From the NCBI GenBank assembly GCA_949289145.1, contig CASEML010000051.1:2306-66305 (forward strand): a stretch of DNA of 64,000 nt. Direction: 5' to 3'. This document shows, in pieces, positions 1 through 10,100 of the stretch. Every line of letters begins with the position of its first letter. The stretch's first letter is position 1. Made by a program: the position numbers and the translations under genes. This DNA is from an uncultured Eubacteriales bacterium. Lineage in GTDB: Bacteria; Bacillota; Clostridia; Lachnospirales; Lachnospiraceae. Below the pieces are notes generated by a model. It ran no database searches and was not told the origin of the DNA. It was given only the letters and a program-made list of their open reading frames with translations.

Positions 1-349
1 CCAGAGCAATGGCTTCTGCATCATCACTGTCACTTTTGCGGTACATGGCACCTTGGTGCTTAGCCTGACGATGAGATATTGCAGTATTTACATCTTTTAC
101 AAGATACCTCTTATCAATCAGCCATACCGCTAAAGGTCTGCCGTAACCATAAGCATTCTCCAGTCCAAAAACTACAGTTTTTCCATCAGTATTACACTTT
201 TTTATTTTATTTACCAGCTTAGGAAAATCAGCTGGTCTGTTTGCCAAAGTAATTTCGCCCAGTTTGTTGTTGTAGCAGTCAATCACTGCTGCTGTGTGGG
301 TTTCCTTATGTAAATCAATACCCACATAAATAAAATCTTCTTTCGTCAT
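1..349 (-). CDS. IS110-family transposase, N-terminal (DEDD) part; gene runs off the left edge of the window
   Basis: Absent from the ORF track because the window edge cuts it. The reverse complement from ATG (347-349) is open to position 1: MTKEDFIYVGIDLHKETHTAAVIDCYNNKLGEITLANRPADFPKLVNKIKKCNTDGKTVVFGLENAYGYGRPLAVWLIDKRYLVKDVNTAISHRQAKHQGAMYRKSDSDDAEAIAL. GIDxHK near the start, GxE..G.Y, and K(S/T)DxxDAxxIA match the IS110 N-domain pattern as I remember it. Confidence 0.75.
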   Translation of the reverse strand, partial: MTKEDFIYVGIDLHKETHTAAVIDCYNNKLGEITLANRPADFPKLVNKIKKCNTDGKTVVFGLENAYGYGRPLAVWLIDKRYLVKDVNTAISHRQAKHQGAMYRKSDSDDAEAIAL

Positions 350-452
350 AAAAATCAACTCCAATCTCTCAAGTATTCTTTTCGTAAGACATGGCATTCA
401 TATTTTGTCAGCCAGATATTTATAGAAGCGAAGAGTATCAAGACAAAATATT

Positions 453-516
453 CATGCAGGGCGTTCGCCCTATAGGAACAGATATAAAAAAGCTTTCTTA
501 TATCTGCTCCTGCATG
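453..516 (-). ncRNA. Nested stem-loop element in the 5' non-coding region of the IS110 element (candidate part of an IS110 bridge RNA)
   Basis: Outer stem CATGCA(453-458)/TGCATG(511-516) encloses hairpin GGGCG-tt-CGCCC (459-470) and hairpin GGAACAGATATAA...TTATATCTGCTCC (475-510, one G:T position). It lies about 100-170 nt upstream of the transposase ATG. Confidence 0.3.
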
Positions 517-1010
517 TCTCACTCGAATAGCAAAATAGTGGCAATCTCAACTGTTAAGCATCTTTCTCGGAATTACGCATCTTTTCAGCAACCAAGTGTG
601 CAAGAGTGGTATAGCCTATCCACTTCTGGTCAGACGCAAAGTATTTTCAAAAAATACCGCTGACTTTCATGGAGATGGATACTTCCTGCAGAACGCAGGT
701 ACTTCCAAAGACTTACGAATTGCTCTGAAAGTTATGTGTGATGTTAACTCTGAATACGGATGTATTCAAGTTAATTCTGCTGATTTTAAGGTGTTTATAC
801 CTTACACTCTTATTATACAAATTCACTTTTTCACACTTATGTTCGCAGACGCACCAACTTGCATAGTTACAGTCATTTACAAGTCCACATTTTCGTCAAT
901 TGATACCACTACCACCATCAACTTGCAGGGTTGCCCCTAATCACAGATGCTCTAACCCTCTGTCAAGCATTTTTTTAAGAAATGAACAGTTTTTATTTTA
1001 GACTACCTCC

Positions 1011-1060
1011 AGAATAAAAGAAAACTGCATCCTACTGACAAAGTGCCATATAGGATGCAG
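1011..1060 (-). terminator. Rho-independent terminator downstream of the tyrosine recombinase gene
   Basis: Perfect 10-bp stem CTGCATCCTA(1025-1034)/TAGGATGCAG(1051-1060), followed on the minus strand by TTTTCTTTTATT. Confidence 0.6.
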
Positions 1061-1094
1061 TAATAAGAAGTTGTCTTTCATTTTTGAATCTATC

Positions 1095-1670
1095 TTACCC
1101 AAGACAGACATTCTTCTGGATGGCTTCTTCCAGTTCCTGTGAGCCAATACCGATATATCTCTGGGTCACATTCACGCTGGAGTGCTGGAGCAGGGTTCTC
1201 ACCAGTTCGATATTATAGTGATTGTTCACATACACGTTTGTAGCAAAGCCTTTGCGGAAGCTGTGAGAGCCTACCCCCTCCAGACCAAGATAAGAGCATA
1301 CTGCTTGCAAATGCTTCAATACTGCACGTTCTGTTATGGGGAACAGCTTCGCCTTGGAAGATATATTTTTCTTGTAAGCATAATCCAACATAAACTGATA
1401 TACTTCGTTTGGCACTGTAAAATTTCTATACTTGCCTGTCTTCTGCTCATACATATCCAGACGATACCGACTGCCATCTTTCACAAAACTGTCTACCTTA
1501 AGTTGCGGGATATCTCCCACACGTAAGCCCAGATTGTATTCCAGTACCAGTACTGCGGCAATCCTCTCATTGGGCTTATACTGCACACCTTCATGCACAA
1601 AACCATTCTTCATGGTCGCAATAATCAGCTTGTAGGTATCTTCGTCTATTGCTCTTGTTCTCTTATTCAT
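1095..1670 (-). CDS. Minimal tyrosine recombinase/integrase (catalytic domain only, about 190 aa)
   Basis: ORF 1095..1688; the likely start is the ATG giving MNKRTRAI (1668-1670), preceded by GGAG. Catalytic pattern: LGLRVGD (Arg), HSFRKGFAT (HxxR), LLQHSS (His), VTQRYI (Tyr). Confidence 0.85.
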   Translation of the reverse strand: MNKRTRAIDEDTYKLIIATMKNGFVHEGVQYKPNERIAAVLVLEYNLGLRVGDIPQLKVDSFVKDGSRYRLDMYEQKTGKYRNFTVPNEVYQFMLDYAYKKNISSKAKLFPITERAVLKHLQAVCSYLGLEGVGSHSFRKGFATNVYVNNHYNIELVRTLLQHSSVNVTQRYIGIGSQELEEAIQKNVCLG

Positions 1671-1737
1671 CACACCAACTCCAATCAAATATCTTCACAG
1701 CCCAACCAGTATAGGTCAGCCCAAATATGCCAAGTTT

Positions 1738-1835
1738 CAATAACTACACCAGATAGTTCCTAAAATCCACTACCACCACCACAGACCCCACCTGTACAGC
1801 CATAGTTCCTAAACCAGTACGAATAGGAACTACAA
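1738..1835. repeat. ATAGTTCCTAAA motif, two direct copies plus one inverted copy, directly upstream of the recombinase gene
   Basis: ATAGTTCCTAAA occurs at 1753-1764 and 1802-1813. TAGTTCCTA (1803-1811) and TAGGAACTA (1824-1832) form a perfect 9-bp inverted repeat with a 12-nt spacer. AACTACA also occurs twice (about 1741 and about 1829). Confidence 0.6.
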
Positions 1836-2053
1836 TCCCAAGCCCCAGAAAGCCCAAATTTCGATTTTTGCACCACGGTGGCAGTAGTACCACCAAAGCC
1901 AATAAAACGCAACGTAGGGCATTTTGTGCAGGCGTGAGGGGCAAACCAAGTGGTAACCACAAGACCATCCCAAAAACGCAGGAGCAGGGCGAAAGAACCG
2001 CCCTGCACATTTACCCCAGAACCGATATGCACTGCCTAACTTATCAGTACTTA

Positions 2054-2494
2054 TCAGCTACCACGTTTTAACACACCATCAGCAGAAAACAGATGAGTCA
2101 GAATATCAAGGTTCATCATCTCGAAGCACCGATAGGTGTACTCCCACTGGGAATCACTCATCTTAAAACCTTGTGCCATCATTCCCTTTGCTTTCTGCTC
2201 ACTCTCCACCATGCTGGAAATGACTTTGGCTACAGCTGGTCTCCACTGCTTACCATTGCCAATATCCAGATAGGGTTCAGCCACAAAATGAAGAATGATA
2301 CCCCTTTCGTGACAGAACCTTGCAAAGGTATATATATGATGCACAGATGCAAAACGATTACAGCTAACGGTATAAACTACATCTCCACTCTACAGAACCG
2401 ATGTAAGTCCCGTTTCTTCCTCATGTCCCAATCTGTCTAGCTGTTCTGAAAAACACCTTTGTTGTCTCATCATCCAGTGATGATATAAATCCAT
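2054..2494 (-). pseudogene. Decayed resolvase/serine-recombinase-like ORF (weak assignment)
   Basis: The 96-aa ORF 2054..2344 continues upstream in frame as SGDVVYTVSCNRFASV after a TAG. Before that it reads MDLYHHWMMRQQRCFSEQLDRLGHEEETGLTSVL. The segment GDVVYTVSCNRF...IYTFARFCHERGIILHF resembles the GDxLVVxxLDRLxR...G core of resolvases, but the catalytic N-terminus is not recognisable. Confidence 0.3.
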
Positions 2495-3046
2495 AAATCA
2501 TAAACACAAGCCTCCTTTTCGTTTTTGATTAACTTATGCCTATATGCGTCATTCTGAAAACAGTCTGTAGTTTCCAAAGTTCCTTAAAGTCGGCAGGAAA
2601 TGTTTAAAAGATTTGTTTAAATTTATACACTTTTTTCATCTTGTATTTTGATACCACACTTCTTACTTCAGAAAATACGCAGAAAATCGAACATATACAA
2701 AAATTCAAATACCATGACAAGAGAAAGAATCTGCGGATTTATGGAACTATACAGTACCGGTGGATGAGCAGGTTGTTGAAGATATTGGTTTGATTGATAT
2801 TAGGAAAATCAGAATGAATCGAAACAGAGATGTGATGTTAGGAAGTGTGGATTAAGCTTGGAGAATTTAGGTGGTATCAAAGAATGATAGTTTGAGATTG
2901 CTAGGGATTATCCCTAATTACCTTAATTGTCTGTATCTAAGAGACCCCAGCGAATTGTCAGCAACCTGTCTGTGAATGTCATAATTCATCTTGAAGTGAA
3001 ACTTAATTGCAATCAAATCTTGAAAAACACTTGTCTTCCTAAGGTT

Positions 3047-3600
3047 TCAGTGTACATTCTGGTAGTTATGTGCTATAAAGATGAGCAAATGGTTATCCTT
3101 CTTATACCACCACAACATGAAGAAATTTAATATAAATCCTCGTATCGAAAAAATAATGCAGGGTTCAATGCTTCTTACGTAAAATCCGATAATATAAGGT
3201 TTCCAAGCACTTATTAAAACATCAGTTCTGTGGAACAACTATATTTCTCCATTAGCGGAAATGCCGATACTGTATAGCTTTTCAGTATAGTCTGAAAATT
3301 TTGTCCGACACTTTGGTCTAAATGCATTATTCAGAATATACGAAGATACATCTCATTCCACTACCGCCAAAATGAAGAACATCTTCCTTTGGATTACCGC
3401 TTTTTTGACCAATTTTTATGTCTGAAATACCGCTTGTAAAACTGAATTTTATAAAAAACCTTATCGTTTATAGTAAACTTTCACAGAAAAACGCACCCTT
3501 TCGCAACAATCTGTTACTAAGAGTGTACAGAAAACGCATCATCTTCACAGCACCAAGTGTCATGAAAACAATGCGTTTTAAGTTCTAAATAAATATTCAT
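3047..3600 (-). pseudogene. Decayed orphan SUKH/SMI1-like immunity gene remnant
   Basis: Minus-strand translation is broken by several stops and frame changes. It still reads ...FIKFSFTSGISDIKIGQKSGNPKEDVLHFGGSGMRCIFVYSE / NNAFRPKCRTKFSDYTEKLYSIGISANGEI / LFHRTDVLISAWKPYIIGFYV... The F/GxxGxG...F.dY.ekL pattern resembles the intact immunity gene at 3772-4146. Confidence 0.3.
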
Positions 3601-3611
3601 CTTTGATTTTA

Positions 3612-3754
3612 GATGTCCTTATGTTCACCCAGATGGCAAATTTCGCCCTAGGGTCTTCAAATTAATCTACATGGATTACATCACCTTCGGTGAGAGCCAT
3701 TCCGATTAATTTAAAGACCGTGGTTAAATTTTTAGGTGGTGGATGTCCTTATGT
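3612..3754. repeat. 13-bp direct repeat flanking a long imperfect palindrome, just downstream of the immunity gene
   Basis: GATGTCCTTATGT occurs at 3612-3624 and 3742-3754. Between the copies, GGTCTTCAAATTAATC (3652-3667) pairs with GATTAATTTAAAGACC (3704-3719): 16-bp arms, 1 mismatch, 36-nt loop. No U-run follows on the minus strand. Confidence 0.5.
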
Positions 3755-3771
3755 GGAGACATAATTAAATA

Positions 3772-4146
3772 TTATTCTCTGTTCCATACATAGTCTATAA
3801 AACCATCAAAATCTTCTGCAACGATTTTTACTTCCTCATCGTCCATTCCAATAAAAGGAACTTCGATATATTTACCGCTTATATCTATTCCATATGCCAT
3901 ATCTCCACCATCAGAACCAATGAGTATTATGTTATTCAAAAATTCTTGCGTTTCATAATCATCATTCAATTCTTCAATCTCATTTTTTTCCCAGAGCAAC
4001 AGATAGTTATTTTCTCCAACCATCCCTTCTCCACATACTGTATGCTTCAAATACTCTTCAAAATTCGCATACTTTTCACTTAACAAACATTCTCGACAAT
4101 CTGAAATATTAAATTCTTTTAGCTTTTCCAGTGTTTCTTTTTTCAT
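3772..4146 (-). CDS. SMI1/KNR4 (SUKH-1) family immunity protein, cognate to the RHS toxin
   Basis: A 124-aa acidic protein starting 2 nt after the RHS stop codon. LLLWEKNEIEELN...IILIGSDGGDMAYGIDISGKYIEVP...VAEDFDGFIDYVW fits the SUKH pattern (lW...n, iGsdGgg..ygiD, sF.eFi). Confidence 0.72.
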   Translation of the reverse strand: MKKETLEKLKEFNISDCRECLLSEKYANFEEYLKHTVCGEGMVGENNYLLLWEKNEIEELNDDYETQEFLNNIILIGSDGGDMAYGIDISGKYIEVPFIGMDDEEVKIVAEDFDGFIDYVWNRE

Positions 4147-4148
4147 TT

Positions 4149-7100
4149 TTACTTTCCTTTCTGCTCTCTAAGAACTTTATTCCAAAAGGCTGTATATTTT
4201 GCATGTTCTTTTGGGGATAACGCTATCTTATTATCTATGTCTGTTGGACTTCCGCCAAATTTAACAGGATGCATCTCATGTATTTGTGTTCCTTTCAAAT
4301 CTGGTCTATTACGATGTATATTAGCATTTGTCTTATTTGCAAGATTACGAGAATCTGTATACTCCGTACCTTCCAGTATTCTAAACGGTCCATCTGGTTT
4401 AGGTGCATCTGGATAACCATTCCAATCATCTATAAAGAATTCACCTGTCTTGACAGTATTACTACCACTCTTACCAAAAAACTGCAGATTGACCGGAACA
4501 TAAAGTTCCCTCTTTCCTGTACCATCCGCTTTCCCACTCACTCTTTTTGTGGCACTGCTGACTGCCGCTGACTCTGCCACAGCCTTACCCTGGTGCATGT
4601 TCTTTAAGGCTGCTCCACTCTTTGACAGTGATACTCCTGACAGTCCCATTCCTGCTACACTTAATCCCAGCGACAGGAAGTTTCCTGCATTTCTAAAGCT
4701 GAACACCTCTCCGGTTTCCCTGTAGTTGGCTGAGATGTTTTTCACTGCCTCCATTGCCTGATTTCCGGATAACAGCAGTGCTCCCCCGTCTCCAGCTATT
4801 CTTGCTCCCAATTTGATAGTATCTGATACTTTTTCGGCATTCGCAGCTCCTCTGGCTCCCCATTTAATCCCGTTTCCTGCCATGCTTCCCAGCATTGGCA
4901 AAATAGCTGCCGTGCTTATGGCGGCATTGGCATAATCCCCCTCCGCTAAATACCAGGCTGCATTGATGGCGTCACAGATATCCAACCCCGGCAGGATTCC
5001 TAACAGGTTTAAGGCTGCATGACCGATTCCTGAAATACTGATGTTAGGACTTAGACCAAAGGGGTCAGTCAGTTTTATAGGGTTGCCCTGTACATAGGCA
5101 AATTTATTCAGGCTCTGGCTTGCGGTAATGGCACCATCCACCACATCCTGATTGATAAACCGCTTGATACTTACGTTGTAGTACCTGGCTCTCATATAAT
5201 ATAAGCCGTTAAGGTCCGTACATACACCATACATTCCGTTGTACAGATAACTTGTCTTGCTCCGGTCTCCACTTAGCAGTTCTCCATAGGCCCCGTAACT
5301 GTAGGTTTCCTCTTTTTCACCGCCTGCTCCCGTTAAGAGAATTGTACTGCCAATGTTGTTGTAATGGAAGCAGAAATATTCATTTTCACTGTTCTGGGTC
5401 AGCAAACCATTGCCGTATACATAGGTGATGCTTCCATCTGTTCCCACTTCCTGCAGCACCTGCGGCAGTTCACTGTTGGTATCATAAATGTACCGGACTC
5501 TTTCTCCTGTGTCCATATTGGTCCGGGCAATGCGGTTTCCTTCCCCATCATATTCATAGCTTATGTTTCCTGCCTGTATCAGCTGGTTGCGGCAGTTGTA
5601 GATGTATTCCGTCATGCTGCCTTCCGCATCGGGTCCGTAGGTCATGTTGCCCTCTGCATCATACACCACTGCTTCTCCGTTGTAGGTAACAAGGCGATTG
5701 GCACTGTCATAGGTCATGGTTACGGAGTTTATGTTTCCTATCGCTCCCTCTCCACTGCTGCTTTGCCGTTTTACTATATTTCCTGCTTCATCGTAAGTGT
5801 AACAGGTTTCTGACAGCAGCTCTGTCCCTTTTTTTACCTGCTGTGTGATTAACTGCCCTGCATCATCATACGTGTAGATATCAGTAGTTCCGTTGCCGTT
5901 TTTTCGCACGGTAAGCAGACCGTTTCCGTCATACTCATATGTGGTTGTATGATTATCTGCATCCGTAACAGATTTTAACTTGCCATTGTCATAGTAATGA
6001 TAAGTCACTACAGTTCCATCCGGATAAGTAAGTTCAGACAGGGAACCCATGGCGTTATAGCTATATCGGATCGTGTTTCCGTCGGTATCCGTGCAGCCGG
6101 TTACCCGGTTTAAGGCGTCATAGGTTCTGGTGATGCTGCCTTTTTCATCTTTTACCTCTATGATATTTCCATTTTTATCGTAGGTGTAGCTGATCGTTCC
6201 TGCTTTATCTGTTACTTTTGTCAGTCTCCCCGCTTTATCGTAAGTATAATTTGTTTCTTCCTCATTGGCATTAATATATTTCTCCAACAGGCTCACATTG
6301 TTATAGCTGTAGCTGTGCTCACTGCCTACAGCATTAATCTCCTTGGTGACCCTGTTTAATTTATCATAGCTGTAGGCAGTAGTTCCCCCCATTGGGTCGG
6401 TGACTGTCGTAAGGTTGCCGTTTTCATCATACTGGCAGACGCTAATACCCGATTCGGCATCTTCTGCCTTTGCCAGACTTCCGTCTGCATTATAAAAGTA
6501 TTTTGTTATTTCCTCTGTACTCTCTCCTGCCTGTGCAGTATATTTTGTCAGGCTGCCCATGATGTCATAGTGATAGATATCGGTGATGCCCAAAGCGTCT
6601 GTGGCAGAGGTCAGCCGATTGGCGTTGTCGTAACTATAAGTTTCTATAGTGATTCCTTTAGCATCCGTTACCGTTACCACATTTCCGTTCTCGTCATATG
6701 TCATAGCCGCAGTATTTCCGCATTCGTCGATAACCTTAGTGTTTCTGCCGTATTTGTCATAGATATACTGTATTTTTACTTCTTTTCCTTCTTCATTTAG
6801 GTGCGTCACAGTTGTCAGTCTGTTTTCCGTATCGTATTTATAGCTGTTAGTTTCGCCTAATCCATTGGTCTTACTTAAACAATTTCCTTCACTGTCGTAG
6901 GTGTAACTGGTAACAGCCCCCATTGGATCGGTTTCTGTCAGCAATCTGCCGTAAATGTCATATTCATAGTGATTTTCATTTCCCAGAGCATCTCTTATAC
7001 ATATCAGATTCCCCACCGTGTCGTATTCATAGGTAGTGGATGCGCCATCGCTTTGAGTGATACGAGTCAAATTCCAACACTTGTCATAACTGTAAAGAAT

Positions 7101-10100
7101 TGTGCTGCCATCGGCATAAGTTGTTTGCTGCAGCTTTCCATTTGGATAATAAGTATAGTCCGTACTTTCTCCTTTTGCATCAGTTGTTTTTATTATGTCT
7201 CCCCGCTTATTGTATTGGTAGGAAACAGTGTGACTGTCTTCATCGGTTTCGGTGAGTACCCTGCCGGCTTTGTCATAAGTGTAGGTTTTTGCGCTTCCAT
7301 CCGGGGCTGTCTGTTTTATTACATGTCCTTCCCCATCTTTTTCGTATGTAAGCTTTTTGCCGCCGGCATCTTCCATGTAGGCAAGTTCTCCGTTTTTATC
7401 GTAGCCATATTTCGTTGTATTCCCCTTAGCATCGGTGACAGTGGTCTGGTTGCCGTCTTCATCATAAGAATAAATAAGGAAAGAATATACCTTGTCATCA
7501 TCCTGCATTATCTCTTGTTTTATTTGACGATTCAGGGCATCATAGGTATATTTCGTCACCAGTCCCGTACTGTCGGTCACTTTTGTCAGATTTCCGATAA
7601 CATCATACTGATAAGCACATGCATTGCCATTCATATCAGTAAGTTTTGTTAAATATCCCTCGGTATATTCGTAATACTTTGTTCCCAAACCTTCGATGGT
7701 TTCTTCGGTAAGCTGTCCCTGTGGATTGTATGTATACGTTACTGTTTTTCCTGAGCTATACTCTGCTCTGGTCATCAGGTTTTTCCGGTTATAAGTATAG
7801 TGTGTCTGATTACCGTTTCCATCTGTGACCTGTGTCAGATTATTTGCCTGATCATAAATCATCGTGGTAATAATGCCATAACCATCGGTAATTCTTGTCT
7901 GATTTCCATTTTCATCGTAACTGTAGTAATAGACATTTCCCTCTGCATCCCGAAGGGATAGAAGATTCCCTCTGCTGTCATACATAGATACTTTTGTCTG
8001 TCCTTCTCCGTCAGTGGATTGCAGGATATTGCCGCTTCTATCACTTACGATGGTTTCTGTGGCTCCGTTTCTGTCAGTAATGACGGTGGTTAAACCGCCA
8101 TTTTTTTCCTCGGTATATGCAAATCCTGTGTAAGCTTCTTTTGCATCTTTTTGCAGAATAACTCTTCCCTTGCTGTCATACTGGTTGGTTACTTTAGTAA
8201 TACCGGCGGGACTTATTTTACTCAGAATATGTCCTGCACTATCATAGGTATAAGTTGTTGTTTCACCTAATGGGTTGGTAATGGCAGTTAAGCATTGATT
8301 TTCATATGTGAATGTTGTGGTACGACCTGTGATATCACTGACACTTATTAAATTTCCTACTTCATTGCAGTGCAAATACAGGCATGCTTTTGTGGCTGTT
8401 TCCATGACCGTGATAAGCGTGTTTTGAGTTCCTTCCTCTATGCCATAGTCTAATGTCAACTCTCTCTTATTCTGATCTGTCATTTTAACAAGCTTACCCT
8501 TTGTGTTAAAATCATAGACTATGCCGCTTGACAGGGTCAAGGTATAAGTTAAATCTTCTTTTCTCTCTAACCGGGCATTTTCCATTCCTGAGGAAATACA
8601 TAAATAGCTCTGCTTATTTGGCAGTTCATCCGCCAGTGCAATTTTCCCTGCCTCAATGTAATTACCATACACCGCACTGTGAGTGACTGCTTCCTCCCTT
8701 ACAAAAACAGAACAAGCATCCGGCGTCCAATATAGATTTACAAAACCGCCCTCATCCTTTAAAAATGCCTGGAAGTTGTGACTCCATCCTCTTCCCATTT
8801 CTCCCGGAGTATCGGTAAGTAATGAACTGTAATTCATATCCAGTGACAAAGTGGACACCCCGTTTACAGCCAATGCTTCATACTCCTCTACAAAGGCTCC
8901 GCTGGTTGTATCTACCGGATCCCCCCATGTGGTATCAGCTGCTGATTTATGCTTTACAATACTTACAGATGCATGGCTGCTTATAGGGCTTACCATGACT
9001 TTCACCCCTGTATTGGCCCCTTGAAGGGTATCCACATAACTATCTACTAACTTAAAATAATATTCTCCCTCGTCGTATTCCCCACTTCCCTGTGGCGCTG
9101 CCATGACAGTGGTTCCATACAAGATGTCTCCCGGTGCAAACACACCAATTTCTAAGATATCGCCTTCATAGAGTACCGGTATGGTTTTGCATTTGCCTGC
9201 ATCGGCAATATAATAATTATTCTCCCGGTTTTCTATGATGGTAACTTCTCTTGTTTCTTCGTCTATGAGCTTTTGGGAACTATATTTTCCTGGCAGGGTA
9301 TAGGTGCCAAAGGTGGTAGTTACGTTATAAAAAGTTCTATTTGAAGTATTGGTCAGTTCGTACTGAATGTAATAGGATTCTCCCACATATGCAGCATCTT
9401 CAGGTTTGATCGTTAACTGCAGTCCTTCTCCAGTCTGCACATTAACATCGCCGGAAAAAACTGCCTTTACCTGTTTTTCAAATGGCATTAAAGTACCTTC
9501 AAAATCTGCAGATATTTCATAATTTCCCGATGCATCTCCTTTTATATACCAAAGAGCAGAAGCAGACTGCTGTCCGCTGATATTTCCTAAATCTATGGTT
9601 TCATTCTGGGTTTTTGAATTTAATTGCGCAAAGGACAAGCCTTCCGGTAAATTTAATGTAGCACTGGAATCCTCCAGGACAAACTTTGGTGCCGCTGCAT
9701 TAATAACGCCTAATTCTACGGTAAACATTTCTTTCAGCCATGAAATATTTCCTGCATCGGTAAGATATGCCAACAACGGTACTGTTTCATCTTTCTGCTC
9801 CACCGGAATCGGATAAAAGGTCACCGATGTCTGTTTCGCGGAATCAATGCCGGAACCACCCCCGCTTCCCGTGCTTATCACCTGACTGGTAGTGGTTCCA
9901 TCTCCTGCCACGGTTACTTTATATTCCACCGGAATCGGAGATTCTGCAAAAGCCAAAGTCAGAGCGTAGGTAAAAGAATTGTAATTGCTTGGATTGGTTA
10001 AGTCAATTCCTGCCTCAACCATATCTGCCAATTCCATTTTTTTCACTTCCAGATTTCCCACAACCACTTCGCCTGCTTCTAGGACCAAAACTGCTGCCTT

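Noticed and set aside
391-940. ORFs 391..663 and 596..940 on the plus strand
   Set aside because: They are random-looking sequences without SD. The first lies in what should be the non-coding end of the IS110 element and overlaps the nested hairpins.
1744-2071. ORFs of 88, 90 and 67 aa in the GC-richer island (Gly/Val/Trp/Cys-rich, superficially bacteriocin-like)
   Set aside because: Two of them overlap in different frames on the same strand, none has an SD or a leader-type N-terminus, and the open frames follow from the strand compositional skew. The interval is treated as non-coding with repeats and hairpins instead.
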